64,000 bases of DNA from Ptychomitrium polyphyllum (taxonomy: Eukaryota), in assembly GCA_973851085.1 (NCBI GenBank), contig OZ316775.1, positions 17,360,001-17,424,000 on the forward strand. Reading direction: 5' to 3'. A model generated the notes under the pieces. It worked only from the letters and a program-made list of their open reading frames with translations. It was not told the origin of the DNA and did not search any database. Shown in pieces: positions 50,203-63,232 of the stretch. The position numbers and the translations under genes are program-made. Within the stretch, counting starts at the first letter, position 1; the number at the start of each line of letters is the position of its first letter.

Positions 50203-51240
50203 CTACAACTCCTCGTGCTTGTTGTCCCAGAAGTGGTGTCTGCTGTGCATCATGGGCTGCACGGGGCTCCGGGAGTAGGCTTCATAACACCGCAACGCGG
50301 GCAGCGGCTTCCCGTGATCGTTCCAAAGCGCGCGGTTCCAGTAATGGTTTCCTTCACCAGGATACGCTTCCCCCGGAGCCAGCCACCCTGATTCCCAGTA
50401 GCAAACCCCAGCGCCCAAACCCCTCGGAACGGCGCTCACCACTTTCAGCAACTCCTGCAGCGTGGCTTCTTGCGTGTTGGGTCCGTTCGGCGGCGGCGTC
50501 CAGTTCTGGGCCACTTCGGTTATCATCATGGGCTTGTTGTAGCGCGCCGCTGCCGTCGCGAGAGTGGTTTTCAGGTCGGAGAGCGAGGCGCCATCGCCGG
50601 GGTAGAACGATAATCCTAAGTAATCGAACGCGACTTGGTTGGCGACCATGAGGTCCATGAACCACGTAACCAAGCCCTTGTCGTGGCCATTGTTGATGTG
50701 CACCATGGTAGCGATCCCCATCTTCTGCACCGCGGCCAAGCCGCTCTTCAGAAGTGAGGTGAAGTGGGCAGTGTTGCTGAGCGCGCCCGTCGGCCACAGC
50801 ATCCCGTTGGAGACTTCATTTCCGACCGCAACGATGAACGGCGGCGTGCCCTGGCTGCGGAGCGCTTCCACAACGAAGCGGACGTACTCCTCGACGGTCT
50901 TGGAGAGCGTCTTGGAGTCTTGGTTTGCCCATGCGCCCGGCGTGAACTGCTTGCCCGGATCGGCCCAGTAGTCCGAGAGGTGCAAGCACAGCAGGACCTT
51001 CAGGTTGGCCTTTTTGGCCCGCTTCGCCATCTCGAGCACGCTGGCGTAGTCGCTGAAGCCAGCAGGTGGGTTCACCCACAAGCGGAGGCGGACGAGGTTG
51101 GCGCCGTGAGCAGCCACAATCTGTTCCGGAGGGTTGCTCTCCGAGGAGTTGAAATCGTAGTACTTGATGCCGTGCTTCTCACACTGAAGCACCGTCGAGA
51201 GGTCGTGTCCCAACAGCATGCCGTTGGCCGATGTCGCCAT
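50203..51240 (-). CDS. Glycoside hydrolase family 53 (arabinogalactan endo-beta-1,4-galactanase), 345 aa, intronless
   Basis: GHDLS, VRLRLWVNP, HLSDYWADPGKQ, VGNE (acid/base Glu), GLSFYP, MITE (nucleophile Glu), YWE motifs. Uninterrupted GC-rich ORF; no obvious signal peptide. Confidence 0.93.
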   Translation of the reverse strand: MATSANGMLLGHDLSTVLQCEKHGIKYYDFNSSESNPPEQIVAAHGANLVRLRLWVNPPAGFSDYASVLEMAKRAKKANLKVLLCLHLSDYWADPGKQFTPGAWANQDSKTLSKTVEEYVRFVVEALRSQGTPPFIVAVGNEVSNGMLWPTGALSNTAHFTSLLKSGLAAVQKMGIATMVHINNGHDKGLVTWFMDLMVANQVAFDYLGLSFYPGDGASLSDLKTTLATAAARYNKPMMITEVAQNWTPPPNGPNTQEATLQELLKVVSAVPRGLGAGVCYWESGWLAPGEAYPGEGNHYWNRALWNDHGKPLPALRCYEAYSRSPVQPMMHSRHHFWDNKHEEL

Positions 51241-52309
51241 GGTTATGAGCCTCAGAAACCTGGTGTAACAGCTGCTTCGTGGCTGTGATCGCCTTCTTCA
51301 ACGTCGACTGGGCTATCAGGTCGCGAGCTCAATCGAATTGTGCGCAAATGAGAAATTCTCAGCTCTTCGAAGTACTCACGAAGCCTTCTCGGCGTCTACA
51401 GGATCCCCGAGCAAAACTCACTCAAGGTTTCTCAGGGTAAGAGAATTTACTGAAATCAGGACTTACAGTATTCTAAAATCCAAAAGAACGTTTCTCGATT
51501 ACCTTACCTCTCTCGAAGATCTGCGTTAGACTCCACACATTCGAATTTCTATTAGTGAGAAATTCTCCAGAAGAATGGATGAGGCTAGTCTTGAATTCAC
51601 AACCCTCCAGTCACGTTCATGTAACATCATAATCTCTCCAAACGCAGGCGACAGAACACTTCGATCACAGCATGCCCAGACTAAGATCGACGCCGAGAGC
51701 ACAAAACGCAGGCAATTTGCACTTGTTTTTGTAGTCTCAAAAGTTGACTAATAGACTTCTGGAATTTTTAGCCCTAACACTGTGCGCCTAGCATCGAGTT
51801 CAGTTACGTTATGTTACAAAAGTATCACTTCCCTTCATTCGGGGTTTCCAGACATATGTCGTTGACACAGCTCTGGATCTCCTTTAGGAAGGATGTCCAC
51901 AACTTTACTTAATCAGCACAACGTAGTCTTCATGGGCCCGGTTGGTTTTTCTATAGCATTATATAGTACCACATAAAATTGACCACCATGACAAGACCCA
52001 GTTTAAGACCACTGAGTTCATCTGGGCAGGGAACTTGAAACAAGCTTCAGAGTTGAATCTTTGAGAGTTGATCCTGAGATAGACGATGGCAAACCAAGCA
52101 CGTCATACTCCCTTGTATGTATGTTTTCATTTCAAATGCTTGCTCTTTCTACACTACCTGCACTATTGTAATGGCGAAAGATAGAATCCTTTCCCTATCT
52201 AAAGACTGCGTGGCATGTGATCACCGATCACATAATCCTACTCACTGCGAAGAAAACACCAAGAAAATTGGTATTCCTTATGAAAATCTTCAATAACGTG
52301 ACCGATATG

Positions 52310-55300
52310 TTACAATGAACCGTTCTCAGTCTCTTTCTCCTTCTCATCCTCGTTCTCGTTCTCGTCATCAGGCTCAAATTCAGGTAGCATGGGCACAAAG
52401 GTGCAGCAGAAAGCCTCCTTATCCTTCAAGAGTAATGCGGTGCCATCCGGTATCCACTTCAGTTCGGATGCATAAAACTCCGAAAGTGGTATTTGAACGC
52501 AACAAGCACCAGATGGTGTCCACAAGTACAATTGGGAGGTTCCTGTGCAAAGAGCAATGCGAGGATAAATGGGATCCCAAGCTGCCGACCTTATTGGATC
52601 TTTCTGAAGTAGAAGGGCTAAGAGCTCCAAACGCACAACATCCCAAACCCACAAAGCGTTGGGCATGTTATCGTTTTTCGTGAAAAAAAACTGGCTGTCA
52701 GGACTCCACGCGAGCAGACCTGAATACACGATCAAACATACTAGGTCAGCACCGTTGAATTTACAAGCCTGTTGAGGTTCGTCACATGTTAGTGAGAAGG
52801 GACCTTCACAAGCGTTGAACAAAACAAAGCAGACAGATGAGGTAAACACAAAGGAATAAGATACCAAGTACAAGAGCAATCAAGTGCTGACCAATTCCTT
52901 GCTTTGGATTAGGCTTATCAACTGGTGGCTTCTGTGAGGGGATAGTTACAGGAGCCTCGATCACTTTGTAAAACACCCTTCGTAAAGAGTCACTAGGAAC
53001 ACCTGCACACAAACATCCACACCCGTATGCTAGCAGTCAGTTGATATTATACTTCGGTACATCGTAGCAAACTAAACCCTGAAGTCCGGCAGAATGCGCT
53101 GGATTGAAAACGAAGAATGGCAAATGACAGAAAGGCAAGACACATACCCAACAAAGGATCAGACAGAAGAAGGAGTAGAAGCCAGACATAAATAATGGAT
53201 CGCAGGCGAACCTTTTGCATAAATCGATTCTAAGTCTGTACGCCATGGTTCATCAACCTCCTGCAACCACCCGCCACCCAGGTATAGTTAATCAGAGCTC
53301 ATAGCTATAAATGAAATAGAAGTGGTGCATAATGCAAACAAAGTACATCATTGTTTCAAAGAGTAAGCGCGCATTGTATACTTGCATGTCATAGCCCCTT
53401 TCTGATATACACACAACACGGGGGCTTGACGCTACAGCTGTCAGAAGTATGCCAAAGTTCTCACCTTGAAAACAATTGTCGTTGAGGGATGCCTGATTTG
53501 TACAGGATGAGTGAATTCAGCAACGGGCTTCCAGGTCAGGTGATTCAGGACCCGCACAACTTGGTCATAGCTGCCAACACCCAGAAACTGGCCATCGGGC
53601 GACCACATCGCTGACTTCACTCCCAATGCATTTTCATAAGCAGAGTACTTGAATAAGCAACGGCCATCAGGGGAGTAAATCAACACCTACAAATGTAAAT
53701 AGAGAGGCCCTACAAGTTAGAGCCGTGGAGTGAAAGGTAAGAGAGCAATGAACATTTTGTGAAGCTATGGTGCAATAAAGAAGTATTAAGAAAGTAAAGC
53801 TCAGAGTGTAATTGCATCAAATCCTGGTTCACATCCTTAAAAACAAGCTTAGCTCTTGACCTTCTTTTCAGAAATAAAATATCCAATAATGCCAAAAAGG
53901 AGACATTTACAAAAAGTAACCCCACCAGAAGAGAAACGAAAGTTTCACGATCCGTATTAAATTACATAGTACCTTATATTCAAGAGGAGAATCCCACACA
54001 GCAATTGTACTGTCAGTGGGTGACCACTCTAGGTCAGCAAGGTCCGAGGTGCTGACTTCGAAATTACCCATGGCCTCCCATCCTTGACATGCAAAAATAT
54101 GAATATAATCCCTACAGTCTCGCCGTGTGCCAATACCAATGTACTTGCCATCTTTTGTGAAGGAAACAGCCCTTGTAGGATGCTTCGGCCACGGAACATG
54201 CACACACGCAGTGCTTACGAGAGACCACACGGTGAGACGGAGCTGGAACTCAGATGTAGTAAGGATGTGACGGCTGTCAGGACTCCATCTGCCGGAAGGT
54301 TATACACAAGTAAATCAATCTCACGCATGTCACTACACGATAATTAACACACTGCTTTTAAAATAAGAGAAAGCATAAAGTTTTAGAAGCTGAAGAGATC
54401 AATGAAAGACATTTGGGCTATTTTGAACTATTTTGAACATCCATCCTCACCTTAAGTGCAGTAAATCAAGCATATTAGTATTTTCCATAAAACGAACAAA
54501 GAGATCACATACCTGGCATGCACTATCCCAATAGAGCCTTCGTCAATCTTACAAGTCCACTCTGGCTTTGTCACTGACCATGCTTGAACAATAGCACGCT
54601 TGAAGAGTCCACACAGCAAATACTCAGAATCTGGTGCCCATTCTATGTAACTGATCTTGTCCAGACAAGAGTACAATTGCACAATCTGCAAACCCAGGCC
54701 CCAAATCGTAACCGACAAATTGTTAGAAAAAGCTCAAACCGAGATATTGAAAATCGCACCCGAGTATCCAATTTCAAGAGTGTTTTTTTTTTGGGGGGGT
54801 AAACCAAGATTCAAGAATGCTCTATTATACTCCACTGATGTAAAAAGGACTGGAAGGGATGAATTACGCCTGAACACTAATTAGGAAAAGCAAGATCGAA
54901 TCAAAAGAGGATCTAGAACGGGGAGCAAAATCCAATTGCCAAAAATTTCTGATTCTAAAAGCACATAAAGGATACCATTATAGCAAAAGATTGGAGACAA
55001 AAAATAAAAATGAAAATGGGGCGGACATCTGAAGAGCACGAGGTTCCTAGAAGAGAATGCCAGCTGAAGCATAGAGTCTCATCGTGAGGAGGGAATGGGA
55101 TGAACGTGGCAGCATCCACTTAACAGAAAGTGCAATAAAAAATCGCCTACAAGAAGCAAAAATTCAGCAATCGTTTCCCTGAACGTCTTTTGATATTGCG
55201 TCGTGAGATGCTAGAGAGTAAAGGCCAATGAAACAGCTGGGTTTCAAAATGCTCCGAAGAGAAATGCGACGGACAGATAAGAGACACTATACAGGTAAGG

Positions 55301-55862
55301 TTTCTCACACACAAACAAAAACATGGCTAACAAGGTAAGTTGACATTTTCAAGAGATACGTTCCGTCCAAGATTTTATGTCTTACGCAGGCTGATACTAA
55401 AGGGAAAGAATGTTTTGGAAGAAAATTTTCCTCGCGAATTAATCACAGATAAAATCATGCGCACCCATGGATACACAATGAGCAAGAACTCAAAACTCAC
55501 TCGAGCCCTTCTCACTGGAAACAAGCTACAATGCAAAACTAGCTCTTGAGGAAAGTGCCATACCCCGCATCAATCTGCACTCCTCTCATTGCCAAACCCT
55601 TCGTCCCACAACTCTCCCCCCACCATTGCAGCCCTCTCTTCGTCGCCTCTTGGAAAGAAGCCATAAACCCCTCACATCTCCCGCTAACGCAAACCTTTTC
55701 AATCAAAGAAAAACTAAAGTATAGAGAGGAGACGAAGAGGGCCACCTTGAGAGAGACAACATCGCGGATGACGAGGCGATAGTCGACTGCAACAGCTAGG
55801 AACCTGGCATCAGCGGAGAAACAACAGGGGCCAGAGTGCTTGTACGTGTCGCTAAATTCCAT
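52310..55862 (-). CDS. WRAP73: WD-repeat protein WRAP73/WDR8
   Basis: Exons 55746-55862, 54513-54685, 53973-54288, 53465-53686, 53212-53260, 52892-53002 and 52310-52719 with in-phase GT-AG introns. [50 protein letters not shown] and KPNPKQGIG motifs. Exon 5 boundaries are the least certain. Confidence 0.92.
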
Positions 55863-56090
55863 CACTCCCAATCCACAAAGAAGAAAACAAAACGCCTCTT
55901 ACTCGCTACTCTCCACCACTTTACCCCTTCCTCCGCCTCGTCCAACCCATCATCGCTACTCCCTCCTCCTCCGCCACGCCCCTGCACGCTCACTCCATCA
56001 TTGAAAATGCAAAAGCGCCACCTCGCCCTCACACTGCCGCTGCTCATCCGGCACCTCCGCGCGGTCCATGACGCTCACCACAAACTAACG

Positions 56091-56146
56091 TTTCTCTCTC
56101 TCTTTCTCTGTCTGTCTCTCACTCTCTCTCTGTGTCTCTCTCTCTC
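56091..56146. repeat. Imperfect (CT)n microsatellite in the WRAP73 5' region
   Basis: TTTCTCTCTCTCTTTCTCTGTCTGTCTCTCACTCTCTCTCTGTGTCTCTCTCTCTC. Confidence 0.85.
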
Positions 56147-56958
56147 GCTCATGTGCTCGAGGGCCTCATGAAGCGGGAAGCCACCCTGGAGTCGGAGAAA
56201 ACTCGCAAGAGACCACGGAGATGACGAGTTTGAAAGAGAGATCTTTCACCATAGCTGAAAAAGAATCATTACCATCATGCCAACCCAGATGTGAAAATTT
56301 GAAACTGGGTAGGCTGCACAGAGTTACGATCCGACCTGCGACACTCGATGCCCCATTTTTAGCAAGTAGATCGACGGAAACGCTCGACAAGGACTTGATC
56401 TCGGGACTGGTGCGCCATGCTTTACCCATGACCGCGGCGGGGGCACGATGGCAAGCCCTTGGTGCCATTGTGGCAACGCATATTCGCCAGCAGCGACAGG
56501 CGTCGCAGCTTGCATGCTCCTTCTGCGAGTGATGAGTCCCGTGCAACTTTGCTGCGAGGATCGTATGTATTCTTCCCATCTGCATGTGTGTTTGCGGATT
56601 GTTCCGTTCGTGTAGTTGGAGGAATCGGGGAGGTCGGGGAGATCTGCGAGTGTGGGGGGTCTGTGGCGCGTGACCTATTTCGGGAATGTTTTGAGGAGTG
56701 AGTGAATGAGTGAATGAATTCAGTCCACGGGAAGTACACCGGAGTGCAGCGAATCCGAATAAGGCAATCCTCTTCTCTCGAACGCGAGTGCTTTGTTGCT
56801 GATTCTAGGATTGCAACCTCGCTGCCTACGAAATTAAATCAAGTTGCGAAGTTTTGCGCTTCGAATTATTTGGGAGCGGGAGCGAAGGGCGAATTTGATA
56901 GTACCCTGGAAGTGTTGCTGTAGCTGATAAGCTTTCGGACATTGTGAGACAAGAAGGT

Positions 56959-58033
56959 ATGGCGAAGTCTTACGAGAAGTATGCGATCCGGGACCGGGCT
57001 CCGGATCCCAAGAGAGCGGTGCTGTTGGTGATTGACATGCAGGAGTATTTCAGAAGCATGGCAGCACCCATTTTTCCGGCGATACAGAGAACTATAGAGC
57101 TTGCTCGTGGCGCTGAAATACCAGTTATCTACACTCAGCATATACACAGAGGGCCTTCGGATTACGGCATGCTTTATGAGTGGTGGGATGGGAACATCAT
57201 TGAGGCCGGATATCCGGAGGTAGCGCTCATGCCGGAGATGCACAAGCTTGAAGTAAGTGTGGTTTCAACATTGATAGGTCAGCTGCATTTTATTAAGTTA
57301 GATTTTGAACTGGCCCTTAACAAATACTCTTTACATATGCACTTGTTAGCATGTGTGTAATCCTCTAAGGATTGAGCTTCCGGTTCTTCTACTTTTGGTT
57401 TGTTACTCAATTCTGGTTTCTGGAGATTACTTTCTCATGATGCAGTAGACCAAGGCACGGACGTACAGGTGGTGTTTGGATTCCACTGCTACATCAAAGA
57501 ATTATGTTGATATACTACGGAATCGAAACGCGGTGGAAAGTTCTTGTCTGATTTGAAGTCCAGTTTTTGATTAGGGAAGCTGTTCTTTTGATTCGTTGAA
57601 ATATGAATTGTTAGCAGGCAGAGAGAGTGGCGTTGCTATGTCGATTCCAGCCTATAAATTCTGGAGGCATTTCAATTCGAGAATGAAGAGGAGAGTGCAT
57701 TTTAGCTTGGTATCCCCTAACGCTGCTCTTGTTTGCTGGTTACAGAGCGACAAGCTTGTGCCAAAGCACACTTACAACGCTTTTCATGGCACAGACCTGG
57801 AGAGCCATCTCAAGGAGATTGGGAAAACTGAGGTTATTGTAACTGGAGTCATGACAAATTGCTGCTGTGAGACTACTGCTCGTGATGCTTTTGTGAAAGG
57901 ATTCCGTGTGTTCTTCTCAAGTGATGCAACAGCCACAAGAAATGAAGATCTGCATACCAGCAGCTTGAAGACTTTGGCGTTTGGCTTTGCCTACCTTGTC
58001 AACGTCAACAGCCTCACTGCCGCACTGACGTGA
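56959..58033 (+). CDS. NIC2: Nicotinamidase 2-like cysteine hydrolase (isochorismatase family)
   Basis: Exons 56959-57252 and 57746-58033 (GT-AG, phase 0). LLVIDMQ, K.TY.AF and [29 protein letters not shown] motifs give the D-K-C triad; resembles plant NIC2/NIC3. Confidence 0.92.
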
Positions 58034-60074
58034 GGTAACTCTTAATACATTCTTTCATACAGAATTATATGTTCCTCTTAAATTTGTGTCATATTTTGCT
58101 TCTGAAAGGTTTAGACAAAATTGAATTTGCAGGGATCAAATGTACAAAGCAACTTGATATTTTTGACTTGAAGTTTCACAGGTTTTGGTGAACAAGATGA
58201 TATACAAAGATGGCAAGGTCTGAAACAAATGCAGTCACTACTATTGGAGATAGAATAACATTATATAATTGTTGATATTCAGGTTGTTGATTACAGGGAT
58301 GAGCATTTCACAGTCATGAATGAGTAGGCCCGATGCCCAGATAATTGATTTTGGTATTCACATGACAGACATGTGTACAGAACAGTACCCTGGTGCTGGT
58401 TGCATTGGTTCATCATCAACAAAGATGCATCTAAAATTTGTACACTACAAAGACATAAATAGAAAAACTCTTACATGTAACTCTTTTATGTCTTCCTTTG
58501 AAATCTCCATCCGAAGCATACAGGATTTGGGTATAAAGTTTAGAAGTATTCCCCCTCTCCTCTGGAAACTAAGACCATGTGCTGCACTACAAAAACGCAA
58601 ACACCAACAAATCTTGTGATACACTGACCCTTTTGAATCAGCAGATGAGGTTAACCAAGACCATGATTGGCTTACAATCCTCATATGTTACGCATAATCA
58701 ATGTATCCCTTCAAGATAGGTATGTGCTCTAAGGTCTCTTAGAGCGGTCCAGGACAGCCTCACAAACCAGTTGTTGCAATGGATATCTCTGCATTGACTC
58801 CATTCACATGCAAAGTCCAGAAAATGTGCATTGGCTACCTTTATTGGTGAAAACCATCAAGACAAAAACGTTTAACCATAGAAAGTACTGCAAGAACATA
58901 ACATCCTCATATGAACCAACGAGAAAAATGATGGCATCTCGGCCTTTCATTTGTTTGAAACTTGTTTTGCAAATAGTGTAGTCTACTTCTTCTTTCGAAC
59001 TCATAGTAAGTTTACTGTACTTCTGTAGTGCAAAACTGTGGTAAATTTCAGGGAAATGCATACCATACCTCTGGACTCTTTCTGATAAATTTTATATGAA
59101 TCTAAAAATATGAATATATAGGATGGGACTTGGTGAGCCACATAAGTTGTACTTCACATGAAAAGAACATGCTTCTGCCGAGAGCCAAAGGCACTACAAT
59201 GCAAGACGTGTTGACTTATAGTCTACAGTTTACAATCTCCTGCCAAAGAGTCTATCAATTAGCTGATTCCAGTATGGCACAGCAAAGTCGTTTAAAGGCA
59301 AGAGTTTGAAATGCATACATCGAGGTTTGTGATTACGTAGTTCCGATGGAACTCCAAAAATGAAATTTTAACAGTCCCACCTGGTAAAGTTTTAAACTTA
59401 TGATGAACCCAAAAAATAACCAGTAAACCCTAATAAATCTAGAAGCATGCTGCAGAGAGAGAGGAACGCTTCCTCTTCTCTTATCTGCCAAGTAAAACCG
59501 CTTAGTAAACCTGCTCAAGCAGTTTGAGAACAGATACGGCCCCCTTAAGAAAAAAATTTGCAATATAAGCAAGAGTAAAGCCATACTTGGAAAGTTAAAA
59601 TAGTGTAAAGTCAAGGTGGTTTTGCCTCCGAGGTACTAAGAGTCACTGCTCCATCATGTCAAGCCTCAAGAGACAATGCGGCATGAGGCAAATTTCTGCT
59701 AGAGTTAAACCGCAGAACAACATTTGATCCTGCTTATGATGCCGTGTACAAGTGACAATGCCGTCACTTGAGAGAACTAGTTAAGTTTCATATTTATGGA
59801 CCTAAGACTGCATGAAGCCAAAAAGCGGCAGCACCCAGAGTTCATAGTTTATTTCGACAAAAGATTTTCTTCCGTGTTGTTCAACTCTCAAATTGGGCTA
59901 CGTTACATGTTTTCAGAACAAAACTATCTCCTACTCCCCTTGACATGAAAGAGGCAGCCAGTTAAAAGAGATGCCACCAATGATCGTGTTGTAACTCAGA
60001 CTGTACCCTCTCCAATGTAAAGAGAATATCTGTGTGCTCCCTTCACCATGAAGTTATTCGACATGGCTGTCGCA

Positions 60075-61464
60075 TCAATTCTCATGAACATAAATCTTGT
60101 CCATAATGATAATGACAGCAAAGATAAATGCTGTATCCACACCAGGAGATATAGTTACAAGGAAAATACTCTTCGTGATAATGATGTTCGTCAACGATGC
60201 TTCTCGTATCACCTGTATAAGATTAATGCGCACGGACGAATACACAAATCAGCACAGGACCCCTCTGAGCTTTTCATTAAAAAACTCCCTGCATTTTTAC
60301 ATAGGGGGGAATTACGCAAACGCACCACCTTAAAGTTAATCGTATCATGATTGTCAAAAGCTTCAGTTCGTGAAAAAAGCTTCACACTTTCCTACATCAC
60401 TCTAAGTGCACACCAAATAGGCAAATCATTTATGCTAGCACAAAATTATGAGAAAATGCATTGCCTTCAGATAATGCTTTCTAGAAGAACATTTGCAATT
60501 TACAAACTCGCTCAAGCTTGATCATATTGCGTGACGAAATCTTAAAAGACAAATGCAATCTGCCTAACTCTGATTCATCATAACGAAACATAACCAGATC
60601 AAAATCGCGTACCTCAGCTACAAGGTCTTCGCCATGAAATATGCGGCAGTTCTTGGCAAGAAAATCCCCCTTAATGGTGTAATCTGGCTGCTTCTGAGCT
60701 ATATTTGAATGAAGGTAGATATTGACATTGGGTGAGAAACTAAAAGCATTTGTTGCTTTTACTGTAAAAAGAGGTCCCGATTCACCAGGTACAAAAGCTC
60801 TCCACAGATTTTTTAGAGTCCAAGGCTGGAAGAAAACGGCACGCTAATCAGATTGTAGTCCGTGAGTCCGTAAAAAGACTATGTCAAAAGACAAGCACCA
60901 AAACCACACCATGACATTACAAGTTGACATGAAGTTCCGACAGTGAAGTTTTTGAGAGTCGTTTCGTTAAATGCCATAAAAACCTAGTTCACATACTGTT
61001 GCAAGAGATATCTTGCAGAAAGAAATAGGACTGTTTTACTATCTATTATCCCTGCGGACACAATGACCATTCTACTCGAGATTGTCAATGATTGTATGCG
61101 AATGTCACACAATACCTTCTGGTAACACTTGACAGAAATTGAGGCTAGCTCCATTTGCTATGTTAGAAACTGATTTAGAAAATGTGTGGCATACCTTTTC
61201 TTCCATGTATAATACGATATCCCCATTTTCATCCACCAACTCCCTCTTGGATTTGACCCAGTTCACTTTCTTCCCTCGCACCCGAAAGAAAACGTCCCCA
61301 GTGGCATCTGTGATGGTCCATGCTTTAGAGAGTAGCTGGTTCTCCAGCCTGTACTGTGAGGCATTTTGAAAACAATACCGTTGACTCACCACCGCTGCAA
61401 GACTCTGTGTAGGGGCGTGAAGCTCCTCAAGATCTAACAACGAGAAGTCTGACTGGAAACCCAT
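60075..61464 (-). CDS. LURP-one-related (Tubby C-terminal-like) protein
   Basis: Exons 61195-61464, 60613-60825 and 60075-60212 (phase 0, GT-AG). VVSQRYC, TITDATGDVFFRV, PDYTIKGDF..KNC.I and VTISPGVDTAFIFAVIIIMD motifs. Confidence 0.9.
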
Positions 61465-63164
61465 TGCCGCTGCCAGTGACTGCGTTCCTCAAATGGAGTC
61501 TCTCCACACTAGTCGTCAGCATGTCCTAAAAGTATTGACCATTTCTTTGATCGCCGCACCGGAAACAGCCTGATACAACCCACATTGCATATATCAACGA
61601 CTTGTTAGAGAATCTCTTGAAAGCACACATAACGACGGTAACAAAACAAGTGTGACAACCCTGCAACTGGAACTTCGTAAAAAAGAATATCAACTTCACC
61701 ACAATCGAATGTGAGTACGCGATTCTGTGCAGAACATTTCCAAAATCCAGATTTGAGCACGAAAGATCGTTTCAAATCCGACCTGACCTTCCACGATGAG
61801 CGGATTGCTAACCCCCCTGCTCCACCACACAAATCATGGCCATCCAAACTGCTAAGCCAAAATCCCCTCCTTCTTGCTAAACCTGATTCTCTTCATTAAA
61901 AAACTCGAAGTCAAAAAGAAAAATGCAGTGCACAAAACGAACCTAAACCCGCCGCACCGTACTACCCTCGTTCGAAAGGCAAATACCAATCCAGATAACC
62001 CTAGGATCATAACACCACACAAACACACGCTTACATCTAGAACCGCCACAAAAGCCTCCACTAAACGAGTCCACAGAAACGCAGCCCCACATCGACGTCA
62101 CCGGCACTCGCATCTCACGGATCACGACTACGTCAGTCTAGTTGCCACTGAACTCAGACACCACACCGCAATACCACCAGAGCATGCCAGCCACCACCGC
62201 AGTATCAAGACCATATCAAACCTCCAATTATTGCTCACTGTCGAAATAGATGGCCCACTCCCGTTCCTACAGTACAGTCTGTTTCCATTGCTTGCTTTTC
62301 CAAATGCAGAAAGCCAAGAATCCTCGGGGCCTGGAATAACGTGCTGACGACCTTCCTTGGCACCGGATCACGCTCCAAACTAGCCAGAGAACGGAGCCTC
62401 CAATCATGAGAGAAAGGAGGAAAATACACTAGAAAAGCCTAGATATCGACGATCCGCCGGGAATCGCCTTGAAAAGGGCGATCTCAATAATAGAGGGGGC
62501 GGTCGTGGGTGGGACAGTGGGGCCGGTATATTTGAGAGGCACTCCACTTGAATCAGGAACCAGGTATCGTCTCTGCTTGTACGATACCGTTGTCAGGTGC
62601 AGGACCGCTGTGGGATGCAGAGACAGGTCGCACGAGCCGACACAAAAGTCATGATCGGCTTAAAAGCGAGCTTGCATGAATGCGGCATCTTGCGGGACTG
62701 AGGACCTCTTTACACCGGAGGGCCGGGCAAAAAATTTAAAAAGTTAAAAGCAAGGACGGCCCACGAGAGAAGATGGGAAAGTATTGAAACAATAGTTTGG
62801 TGAGTGAAAATTTCTTCTATGGATAAGTTCTTAGGTCGTTATTTCAAGAATATATTCAATGGAATCATATTTTTAAGAATATTATAAAAATTATTATGTT
62901 AAAGGTAATCAAATCATTTCTTCACCTATCTTCAAATTACTTTGTTTAAAGATAATATAACATATTATTAAACCTTATACAAGAACCTAAAAAATTTGAC
63001 CAATTGTACTATTTAAAATTTCTAAATATGGAAAAATCACTTACCTTGTAAACGGCGGGCAAAGATGTAAAGAGGGTCTCAAAGCCCCAATGGAGATCCG
63101 TAGGCATGGCATGGTGATGGATGTGAATATTTAAGGAGCTTGGTAAAGGAACTAATTTGGGAGC

Positions 63165-63232
63165 GGGATGAGGGTTATGCTGGATGCAGGGGTGAGGGTC
63201 ATGCTGGATATAGGGATGAGGGTCATGCTGGA
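63165..63232. repeat. 24-bp tandem repeat, about 3 copies
   Basis: GGGRTGAGGGTYATGCTGGA core repeated at 63165, 63189 and 63213. Confidence 0.8.

Noticed and set aside
51241..51251. GGTTATGAGCC next to the GH53 start codon resembles the Copia half-tRNA PBS
   Set aside because: Only 10-11 nt, on the opposite strand to the gene, with no LTR or PPT nearby; compatible with chance.
50006..51288. Long overlapping ORFs on other frames around the GH53 gene
   Set aside because: Expected shadow ORFs of GC-rich coding sequence; no recognisable motifs.
56166..56923. ORFs between WRAP73 and NIC2
   Set aside because: They lie in a GC-rich promoter/UTR region on conflicting strands with no recognisable homology.
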